Source: Candidatus Hermodarchaeota archaeon
GTDB lineage: Archaea > Asgardarchaeota > Lokiarchaeia > Sigyniarchaeales > SOKP01
DNA: 37,939 nucleotides
Reading direction: 5' to 3'
Assembly (NCBI GenBank): GCA_048885925.1
Contig: JBHLLG010000021.1
Span: 7,537-45,475 of the forward strand
A program made the translations under genes and the position numbers. Below are positions 28,892-37,363 of the stretch, piece after piece. The notes beneath the pieces are model-generated. The model was not told the origin of the DNA, made no database searches, and saw only the letters and a list, made by a program, of their open reading frames with translations. Numbering within the stretch: position 1 is the stretch's first letter; every line of letters begins with the position of its first letter.

Positions 28892-31800
28892 TCACTCAGA
28901 TCTCTCCCTAATCAATTCCCTAAGCTGTTTCATGAAATTATTAGCTAATTTTTCTATAGTTGTCTTTTTGTAAATGTTATTACTATAGCACCACTCCATT
29001 TTATATTGTCGGCCGATTACTCCTGCAGTGATTTCTATTGAATATTTTCTATCTCCTAGAAGGTAGTTATCTTGCGATTTGTGAAATTCAGAGATTTTTG
29101 CGAACGGAGATTGACTTAGGAGTGCATGGTCAAATTGACCGACATAATTAAAGCAAATTTGTGCTTGAGGTGTTTTTTGTACGTGCATAGAAGTACGATA
29201 TTTATCATTTAGGTATCTTAACAAACCATAATTAAATCCATGGTGAGGAACTGCTGCGAACTGCTCTTTTATTGATAATAGATTCTCTTGAAGACTAGAA
29301 TTTGAATCGAAACTGACATAGAACGGGAAAAAAGTAGTACAACGACCAACAGTTCTGGAGAGATTCATATCATCAAATATTTGTTCTCGCCCATGTGCTA
29401 GGAGATCAAACAGAAAGGAAGATTCATGAGTCCAATCGTAAAAAGTTTTTGCCAATATAGTAAGTAGGACGTCAATAGTTCGGATCGGATATTTCTGCGG
29501 AAGTTGATTTATTAAGGAATAGGTTTCTTCACGGCTTATCATTGTGTACACGCTTTCAACCGTTTCTGCTCTTGGATTGCCTGGATAATCTGCTGGAATT
29601 GATGGAACATTATTTAAAAGCAAATTATGCCAATAATCAATTTCCTCCTCAACCTCCTCCGATTGTGCATATGCTTCTAACCTTTCACTCCAGCGTTTAA
29701 ATGCACTTGTTTTTGGTGGAAATGATATCTCCTTACCATTGAGTAATTGTTGATATCCTGTTTGAATATCTTCTAAAACAATTCGCCAAGAAAAACCATC
29801 CAAAATTAAGTGATGTCCAACCATTAGAAATATACCTTCCTCCTCTGGTCCAAAATTAATAAAGGACGTATTTAATAAAGGACCATTAGAAAAGTTCAGA
29901 CTTTGCTGGAGGTTCGCCGAGATTTCATATAATCTTTTTTCTTGAGTAATTTTTGAGAGACCTGATAAATCAATTTCAGTAAATATGTTCACATCTTCCT
30001 TACTTATTATTTCTTGCTGCCATTTGTCGTTCTTGAGGAAATATCTTGTACGGAGGCAATCATGATGCTTACATAGTTCAAGTACTACATTCTTTAATAA
30101 TATGGGATCAATTCCTGGTTTTGTATAGATTGTATGACCCTCAACCCAAAGATGAAGATTCTTTAGTGATTGTTCAAAGAACCAATACTGACCAGGTAAT
30201 AATGATACATCGCCTGTTATAGTTATTTGATCTTTTTTGTTTGATACTTTGCCTTTCTTAGCAATTTTTGCTAACTCAAATATGTTTGAATACTCAAAAA
30301 TCTGTACAGGGGCAAATCCAAGACCTGCGAGGTTTGCTCTTGCAACAGCTTGAATGGCTAATATTGAATCCCCACCATTCTCGAAAAAGTCATCATGAAT
30401 ACCTATTTCATCAATTTGAAGGATTTCACGCCAAATTTTAGCTAAAATTTTTTCATTTTTTGTCTTTGGATATACTCTTTCGGACTTATGAATATGAATA
30501 TTATTTGCCTGGGTTGATAGGGCTTTTCTATCTACTTTCCCAGTCGGAGTCAGGGGCATCTCATTTAGTATCATAAATTTAGTAGGTACCATGTAGTTTG
30601 GAAGTTTTGATTCTACATATACACGAAGATCATTATTGCTTATGCTATCCTTAATCTCTGGAACAACATAGGCAACAAGTTGCTTATTAAATTTTGATTC
30701 ACCTTCTGCAATAACTACGACGTGTTTTAGTTGAGGATGTTGGATCATGACCGCTTCAATTTCTTCTAATTCGATTCGGAATCCACGGATTTTAACTTGA
30801 AAATCTTCCCGTCCTAAAAATTCAATATCACCACTTGGTAAATATCGCCCTAAATCTCCAGTCTTGTATAGATATTCTTTATTACGAGGATGGTAAATAA
30901 ATTGAGCTTTGGTTCTTTCTTCATCTCGCCAATAACCTTTAGCAACACCAACACCCCCAATGAATAATTCACCTGGAACCCATATAGGGCAAGGTTCTAA
31001 AAAATCATTCAGTACACGGAAAAATTGATTTTTCAAAGGTTTACCGTATGGAATACTACTCCATTTGTCGTCCACATGTAATATTGGGTAAAGTATTGAC
31101 CAGATTGCTCCTTCCGTAGCACCACCTAAGCTTATTATTTGAATATCTCCTTCTTGAATTGATCTGATCTGGCTTGGTAAATTTACTGGGATCCAATCAC
31201 CACTCATTAGAATAATTCTTAGTGATGATGGTAATGTTTTCAATATTCCTTTAGTATATTCAACCAGGATCTTCATGAGCGCAGGAACAGAATTCCATAA
31301 AGTCACATTATGTCTTTTAATCATTTTGAGCCAATTTTCGGGATCAGGAGATTTACTAACATCTGGAAGTACTATAGTTCCACCAGCTGCGAGTGTTCCG
31401 AAAATATCATATACAGATAAATCAAAATTTAAAGCAGAAATCGCAAAGACTCTATCTTTATGTGTTACATCAAAACGATGGTTTATATCTTCTATAGTAT
31501 TGACAGCGCTTTGATGTGAAATCATTACGCCTTTAGGTAATCCCGTAGAACCTGAAGTAAAAATAACATATGCCAGGTCATTAGGAGATTGCATAGGTAT
31601 ATGAGATGTTTCACTAAATGAGTTTACAATTAAGTCGTCTACACATAAAATCTGTAGATTATCTTCTGGTAAGAAAATTTCTGAAATCCAAGACTGTGTA
31701 AGGACAATATTTATTTGTCCGTAATTAATCAAGTATTGAATACGCTCTTCTGGATACCAAGGATCAATAGGAAGGTAAGCTCCACCCGATTGAAGGATCC

Positions 31801-34800
31801 CAAGAACTGCGACAATTTGCTCCCAGCCTTTTTCCATAATAACGGCTATAAGTTTATTTGGTTGAGCTCCATGATTGAGAAGCCAATTTGCCACTTGATT
31901 TGCTTTTCTTCCAAGCTCACCATAAGAAAGGGTTTTTGATGATGATATGATGGCTTTTTTCGCTGGTGTTTTTTCTGCATGCTGGAAAAATTTAGTTTGA
32001 AGGAGATCATTTCCTAGGGGCATTTGGGTTGCATTTACAGAATCTTGAATCATGAGATGTTCTTTTGGAACTAACCAATGAGCGATTGTTGTCCAGTTTG
32101 AATCCCAAGCTTCCTGGCTGTTACTTAAGTAATCAAGGAGCCTACAATATGCCCTAAACATGTCATCTATGAGGGATCCCGGAAAAAATGAACCTACTAC
32201 ATCCCAATTGAATTGTAAGGAATCATTTTCTTCACGTAATTGGTGATCTATCCAGACTTGTGGAGTTTGAGTAAGACAGTTGACAATTTTCCCTATCCAA
32301 TTCAAAGGATTTTGTTTCTTGTTTAGATTTTCAGTCTCGAGAAGACTTGTAAATACAACAGGCATAGAGGCGTCATTTTGTGTACCCTTATTCCGAGATA
32401 GTTTTCTTAATACTTGAACACCATTAAAAAAGCGATGATCATAATCTTGCCAAAAATCCGCTTGCAGCCTTTTCGCAATTGATTCAAATGTATCTTCATT
32501 GGAAATTTCTACTCCCAATAATAATAATGACGTAAAATCACCGACAATATCATTGATTTCTGGATGGATCGGTATACGGTTAAAAATTGGGATGTTAATA
32601 GTAAATCTTGATGATTTACTCCATACTGATAGTATGGATGCATAAGCTGCCAATAGCACACTTGAGGGCGTTAAACCAGATTTTGCAGCCCTTGACTTTA
32701 ACTGGTTCCAGCTTTCTGAATTTAATTTGGATTCTTTTCTTGTGAAATATTGATTCATTTCATTCGGCTTTATCTTGAGTATTGGCAACTCTGGAGCGGG
32801 AGGAAGTGAGTGTAATTTATTTAACCAATAGGATCGGGACTTCTGGAAGATATCTGAATCTTGAATATTAGATAATGCCAACACATAATCTCGAAAAGAT
32901 AAACTTAATTTTGGTAATGGTTCATCGATATTTTCATAAAGAAGAGCAAGTTCATGAAGGATGATTTGTAAGCTTCTAAAATCTATCATAGAAAAATCAT
33001 AACTAAAATGGATCCTCTTCTTGTCACCATCAATAATTGAAACGCAAATATTAAATAGGGGCCATTTTCCTAAACCGAGAACTTCATATGATAACCTCTG
33101 TCTGATTTGGTTACTAGATAATTCATCACCAGTACAATCAAATACTTCTATTTTGTAGGGTGGACAGTCTTCAAGGATTATTTGATTTCCATCTGGTAAT
33201 ACTATACATCGCAACATATCATGCCGGGTTATCAGTTTGTTCCAAGCCTTTTCGAATTGTCTAATGTTCAGATACATTGTTTCAAATTCATAATAAGCCT
33301 GAGTTGGGATATTTCCCAACTCGAAAATATCATTCCGGCCAACCCAATATACTTTTTGTAGATCAGTTAATGGGAAAGGAGAATATCTATCATTGGGATT
33401 ATGACATAATTTTAAGATTTCTCCTTCCTCTAAAGGTTTCTTTGATTTGTTTATTTCTATTAGATTCGCAAGATTGGATATTGTAGGGTTTAGATAAAAA
33501 TTAAATGCTGAAAGATTCACGTTAAATTTTTCATCAATTTTAGCTAAAAGTTGAATTACTTGTAATGAATTTCCACCTAATTCAAAAAAATTGTCAAAAA
33601 TTCCAATCTGATCAATAAATAAGATTTCTGACCAGATTTCAACAAGTGATTGATCTACTTTGGTTTTTGGACGAGAATAAGAAGATGACATCCTTGGCCT
33701 TTCACGGGAAGGTTGTGGAAGCGCATTTCTGTCAACTTTTCCGTTTGGTAGCCTTGGAAAGTCTTTCATCCACACATATGTAGAAGGTATCATGTATTCC
33801 GGTAGATGGTCATTGAGATAAGAAATTACAGTTTGCTTATCTAATATTTGCTCTAAATTGTTTGCAGAAACCATATATGCTATTAATCCAGCCACTTTGT
33901 TGTTTTCATTTCTAGCTGTCACAATAGCATCCTTAACAAGGTGGTGCTGCTGTAATACTTGCTCAATTTCTCCCAGTTCTACTCTGAATCCTCTAATCTT
34001 CATTTGATTGTCAATACGGCTTACGAATTCTAAATTCCCATCACATCTGCGTTTAATTAAATCGCCAGTTTTGTATAAACGATCCAATGGATTTGGTGAA
34101 AAGGGATCTCGAATAAATTTTGCATCCGTAAGTTCAGGTTGATTTAGATATCCCCTTGCAATGCCTATTCCTCCAATGTAAAGTTCTCCAACTTCACCTG
34201 GATTTACTGGAGTTAATGTGTTATTTAACAGATGGACCCGAATATTTGAGATCGGCTGACCGATGGGCGGATTATTTTCATTAACTACACATTCAGCAAC
34301 AGTCGTACATACTGTGGATTCTGTAGGACCATAAGCATTTAGAAAACGTCGGTTTTGTCCCCAACGTTTTACAATTTCTGCTTTACATTGTTCACCTGCA
34401 GAAATTAGAGTTCGCAATTCTGGCAATTCGTCCTCTGGGAGAACTGAAAGAATTGAAGGAGGTAAGGTTACAATGTTTATCTTTTGTTCTTTAAGTATAC
34501 CGATAACACCGGATCCTTTTTGAAGCATGTACTCAACTGGCACATACAAAATTGCACCAGCAATTAATGTAGTGAATATTTCTGAAACCGAAGCATCGAA
34601 GCTGAGAGAAGAAAATTGAAGAACTTTATCGTTGGGCTTAATATCAAAGATCTTTATCTGTTCTCTTACTAAGTTGCTTAAACCTTTATGTTCAATCATT
34701 ACGCCTTTTGGAGTTCCAGTAGAGCCTGATGTGTAAATTATGTAAGCTAAATTATTAGGCATCGAATTACTAACTGGATTTGAAGAATTCTCCTTTGAAA

Positions 34801-35275
34801 TTAATTCCGATTCGCCATTAATTGATATTATTTCAACATCACCTTGATTTGGAATTTTATCCGATAATTCATCCTTTGTCAATATTATTTTCACTTGGGA
34901 ATCATCAATCATAAATGAAATTCGACTATAAGGATATGAAGGATCTAATGGTAAATAAGCTCCTCCAGCCTTTAGAATTCCCAGAATACTTACTATCATA
35001 TCTATTGACCGGTCAATAAAAATACCAACGATTATTTCTGGGCCAACTCCTTTTGCTTGGAGATAATGTGCTAATTGATTAGCTTTAAGGTTTAGATCAA
35101 AATAACTTATCTGATCGATTTCACAACATAATGCAACATTATCTGGTTTAGATTCGGCTACTATTTCGAACAACTCGTGTACACAATAGTTAATTTGTAG
35201 ACTTTTTTTCTGTTCATCGCTATGCCTTATACCTTCTTGAGATATATTGTTTGATCCAAGATTAGTTATTTTCAT
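28892..35275 (-). CDS. Two-module nonribosomal peptide synthetase A-T-Cy-A-T-E(like)
   Basis: A1 YTSGSTGTPKG/NAYGPTE/YKTGD; T1 FFELGGNSL; Cy FPLTDLQKVYWVGR, DFSMID, PVVFTS, QTPQVWIDHQ; A2 FTSGSTGLPKG, SLGGATE; T2 FFENGGDSI; terminal HHLILDGFSW, HGRE, RTVG, VPHHG, FNYVGQ. Confidence 0.95.
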   Translation of the reverse strand: MKITNLGSNNISQEGIRHSDEQKKSLQINYCVHELFEIVAESKPDNVALCCEIDQISYFDLNLKANQLAHYLQAKGVGPEIIVGIFIDRSIDMIVSILGILKAGGAYLPLDPSYPYSRISFMIDDSQVKIILTKDELSDKIPNQGDVEIISINGESELISKENSSNPVSNSMPNNLAYIIYTSGSTGTPKGVMIEHKGLSNLVREQIKIFDIKPNDKVLQFSSLSFDASVSEIFTTLIAGAILYVPVEYMLQKGSGVIGILKEQKINIVTLPPSILSVLPEDELPELRTLISAGEQCKAEIVKRWGQNRRFLNAYGPTESTVCTTVAECVVNENNPPIGQPISNIRVHLLNNTLTPVNPGEVGELYIGGIGIARGYLNQPELTDAKFIRDPFSPNPLDRLYKTGDLIKRRCDGNLEFVSRIDNQMKIRGFRVELGEIEQVLQQHHLVKDAIVTARNENNKVAGLIAYMVSANNLEQILDKQTVISYLNDHLPEYMIPSTYVWMKDFPRLPNGKVDRNALPQPSRERPRMSSSYSRPKTKVDQSLVEIWSEILFIDQIGIFDNFFELGGNSLQVIQLLAKIDEKFNVNLSAFNFYLNPTISNLANLIEINKSKKPLEEGEILKLCHNPNDRYSPFPLTDLQKVYWVGRNDIFELGNIPTQAYYEFETMYLNIRQFEKAWNKLITRHDMLRCIVLPDGNQIILEDCPPYKIEVFDCTGDELSSNQIRQRLSYEVLGLGKWPLFNICVSIIDGDKKRIHFSYDFSMIDFRSLQIILHELALLYENIDEPLPKLSLSFRDYVLALSNIQDSDIFQKSRSYWLNKLHSLPPAPELPILKIKPNEMNQYFTRKESKLNSESWNQLKSRAAKSGLTPSSVLLAAYASILSVWSKSSRFTINIPIFNRIPIHPEINDIVGDFTSLLLLGVEISNEDTFESIAKRLQADFWQDYDHRFFNGVQVLRKLSRNKGTQNDASMPVVFTSLLETENLNKKQNPLNWIGKIVNCLTQTPQVWIDHQLREENDSLQFNWDVVGSFFPGSLIDDMFRAYCRLLDYLSNSQEAWDSNWTTIAHWLVPKEHLMIQDSVNATQMPLGNDLLQTKFFQHAEKTPAKKAIISSSKTLSYGELGRKANQVANWLLNHGAQPNKLIAVIMEKGWEQIVAVLGILQSGGAYLPIDPWYPEERIQYLINYGQINIVLTQSWISEIFLPEDNLQILCVDDLIVNSFSETSHIPMQSPNDLAYVIFTSGSTGLPKGVMISHQSAVNTIEDINHRFDVTHKDRVFAISALNFDLSVYDIFGTLAAGGTIVLPDVSKSPDPENWLKMIKRHNVTLWNSVPALMKILVEYTKGILKTLPSSLRIILMSGDWIPVNLPSQIRSIQEGDIQIISLGGATEGAIWSILYPILHVDDKWSSIPYGKPLKNQFFRVLNDFLEPCPIWVPGELFIGGVGVAKGYWRDEERTKAQFIYHPRNKEYLYKTGDLGRYLPSGDIEFLGREDFQVKIRGFRIELEEIEAVMIQHPQLKHVVVIAEGESKFNKQLVAYVVPEIKDSISNNDLRVYVESKLPNYMVPTKFMILNEMPLTPTGKVDRKALSTQANNIHIHKSERVYPKTKNEKILAKIWREILQIDEIGIHDDFFENGGDSILAIQAVARANLAGLGFAPVQIFEYSNIFELAKIAKKGKVSNKKDQITITGDVSLLPGQYWFFEQSLKNLHLWVEGHTIYTKPGIDPILLKNVVLELCKHHDCLRTRYFLKNDKWQQEIISKEDVNIFTEIDLSGLSKITQEKRLYEISANLQQSLNFSNGPLLNTSFINFGPEEEGIFLMVGHHLILDGFSWRIVLEDIQTGYQQLLNGKEISFPPKTSAFKRWSERLEAYAQSEEVEEEIDYWHNLLLNNVPSIPADYPGNPRAETVESVYTMISREETYSLINQLPQKYPIRTIDVLLTILAKTFYDWTHESSFLFDLLAHGREQIFDDMNLSRTVGRCTTFFPFYVSFDSNSSLQENLLSIKEQFAAVPHHGFNYGLLRYLNDKYRTSMHVQKTPQAQICFNYVGQFDHALLSQSPFAKISEFHKSQDNYLLGDRKYSIEITAGVIGRQYKMEWCYSNNIYKKTTIEKLANNFMKQLRELIRERSE

Positions 35276-35447
35276 TTTTTCAACTCTATATTTTGTTTTT
35301 AATTTTTTGTCTTTTCTTTAAATGATGTCATGATACCTGTTTATATGTAAAAAATAAAAAAAAGATATATAGAATGGAGGAATAGTGATTTAGGTGTGGT
35401 CATTCGATAAACCTTTTATCAAAATTTTTTCCTCCTTTTTCTATATT
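35276..35447 (-). repeat. Intergenic module copy A: stem-loop + U-tract + promoter/operator + leader
   Basis: Aligns with 36233-36404; shared core GATATATAGAATGGAGGAAT..TGATTTAGGTGTGGTCATTCGA; arms ATATAGAA/GGAGGAA pair with TTCCTCC/TTCTATAT. Confidence 0.85.
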
Positions 35448-35515
35448 GTAATTTAGAGATTTCAACCCTCTTTTGATATATCTCCTTTAATTATTTTTCT
35501 AATTATTTTCTACAT

Positions 35516-36232
35516 CTAATGAAAATTTATGTTAGATATTAATGCTATCTCAAGCAAACCAAGGAAGTTATAATATGGATTAGGCCCTGTATAATCTTCA
35601 CCTACTTTAACAATGAAGCTAATTACATGAATTTTTGCTGTGTCTCCCTCTTCCCAACCGTTGTATGAATTTAGAAACTCACCTGATCCATAGCCACACA
35701 AGAAAACTGATTCGAAAGTGCCACCACCTTCCCAAACATAATAGCCCCATGGGCGATATATAATATTTCCATCCTCATCATAGTCATCAGGTCCAAGTGT
35801 ATCTAAATCTATCGTAAATTTTAATTCATAGGTAAAATCCATGACTCCTCGAAATATGTGTATAGCTTCAGGAATAGGAAGGTAAAAATTTGTAACATGG
35901 AATGGAGCATTTTTTACATGCATTTTGACGGTAATTAGCAATATATTATTTTCAAGTTCTCTTTCAAGCACAGAACCTTTAGGATCATAGTCCAATGCGG
36001 AAACCCAATGCGGTATTGTTGGATCATCCAGAAAAGACCATATAATTAGCACCTTTTCATAATCTGGCATTCCTCCCATTGGATCTCGTACAACAGGAGC
36101 TAACCAATCCTCTATTGGTCTTTTATTTATTTTTCCTTTTCCGCTATACGCAATAGCTGCAGGGATGAAACTGAAAATGACAGTTAATATTATTACCACT
36201 AATACTAAATTTTTTATTTCCGATCTTTTCAT
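35516..36232 (-). CDS. Secreted protein of unknown function
   Basis: Signal peptide ending IFSFIPAAIA; beta-rich, aromatic body; no family recognised. Confidence 0.75.
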   Translation of the reverse strand: MKRSEIKNLVLVVIILTVIFSFIPAAIAYSGKGKINKRPIEDWLAPVVRDPMGGMPDYEKVLIIWSFLDDPTIPHWVSALDYDPKGSVLERELENNILLITVKMHVKNAPFHVTNFYLPIPEAIHIFRGVMDFTYELKFTIDLDTLGPDDYDEDGNIIYRPWGYYVWEGGGTFESVFLCGYGSGEFLNSYNGWEEGDTAKIHVISFIVKVGEDYTGPNPYYNFLGLLEIALISNINFH

Positions 36233-36404
36233 TTTTATATCAACTCTTAATTTTTTTTTTAAATTTTTGTTTTTTCTTTATTGTCATGGCACATATTTAC
36301 ACATTAAAAAATAAAAAAAAGGATATATAGAATGGAGGAATGATGATTTAGGTGTGGTCATTCGAGAAGCCATTTATCTAAACACTTTCCCCTATTTCTA
36401 TATT
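36233..36404 (-). repeat. Intergenic module copy B
   Basis: Same core and pairing arms as copy A. Confidence 0.85.
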
Positions 36405-36448
36405 TTTTAAAAACTAAATTTCATTGAGCAACCATCATACAATATTGT

Positions 36449-37039
36449 TTATTCTACAATTAAAGTATGTTCATAACTATATACAGAACCTGGATCTGGC
36501 CATTGAGGTCCATACCAAAATTCAGGACCGTCGTAATTTATAAATATTCTCCATCCTTTTTCTCTCGGATCCTCACCATAGAGTTTTTTAATCAACAATT
36601 CGCATTTTACTATATGTTCTCCCTTTTCAAAGAAGTTTGGTTCAAAAAATTGATACCAAATCCAAAGATGGAAATTATACGTGATAGGTTCACCAGTTTC
36701 AGGGTGGATATCCTCAATATCTTTAAATAAAATATGACATCTACGTAGTTTAACCTCTTTACCATCTATAGTAAGCGTCTCTTTAAAAGGTGGTCTGGTA
36801 TTCCAACCCTCATCTAGTTCTAACGGTATTGCTAAACCCCATCCAATTCTATAATAACTTTCTTTTGAACCATCAATAGTCCTTTCTTGAACGAAAGCTC
36901 CATTTCCTATCCATTGGTCTCCAAAAATTGGTCCTAAAAATGGAGGGATGCCTGCATTAACTGTGGATATAAAGCTGAAAATGAGAATTCCTACTGTAGC
37001 ACTCAAAGTTAATTTTGAAAAAAGTCTTGATTTATTCAC
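36449..37039 (-). CDS. Secreted protein of unknown function
   Basis: GTG start after the same GAGTTGATATAAAA leader; signal peptide ending IFSFISTVNA. Confidence 0.75.
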   Translation of the reverse strand: MNKSRLFSKLTLSATVGILIFSFISTVNAGIPPFLGPIFGDQWIGNGAFVQERTIDGSKESYYRIGWGLAIPLELDEGWNTRPPFKETLTIDGKEVKLRRCHILFKDIEDIHPETGEPITYNFHLWIWYQFFEPNFFEKGEHIVKCELLIKKLYGEDPREKGWRIFINYDGPEFWYGPQWPDPGSVYSYEHTLIVE

Positions 37040-37105
37040 TTTTATATCAACTCTAAATTTTTTTTAAATTTTTTTTTATTTCTTACGGTATTATGGCGCT
37101 TTTAA
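37040..37105 (-). repeat. Intergenic module copy C (promoter/leader part only, no stem-loop)
   Basis: TTTTATATCAACTCT, T-tracts and TTATGGCGC match the gene-proximal half of copies A and B. Confidence 0.7.
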
Positions 37106-37363
37106 TTAAATAAACAAAATTTTTACTTATTATTCGATCGTGCCATAACATTTTAAAAATAGAACGTTTCATATATAAATTTTATGATCAAGTTTTTATA
37201 TTAATAATAAGTATATATAATGTAGAAGTAAGGATTAATAACGTTTTTTGAAGTCTTTCTTAAAGAATTTTCAAGATAATTATGATAAAGTGATGTTAGA
37301 AAGAATAATTAAGATATAAGTTAAAATCTAATATTTAGCTTTAATAGGGGTCGAAAAAGCCGA

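Noticed and set aside
35367-36403. Stem-loop as a SECIS element (Lokiarchaeia use selenocysteine)
   Set aside because: The upstream genes end in TAG/TAA and have no in-frame TGA, and the AUGA is not in the SECIS core position on the sense strand
35276-37105. Repeats as a CRISPR array or canonical integron attC sites
   Set aside because: Spacing is gene-sized, there are no cas or intI genes, and no clear RYYYAAC...GTTRRRY ends; a non-canonical recombination site is not excluded
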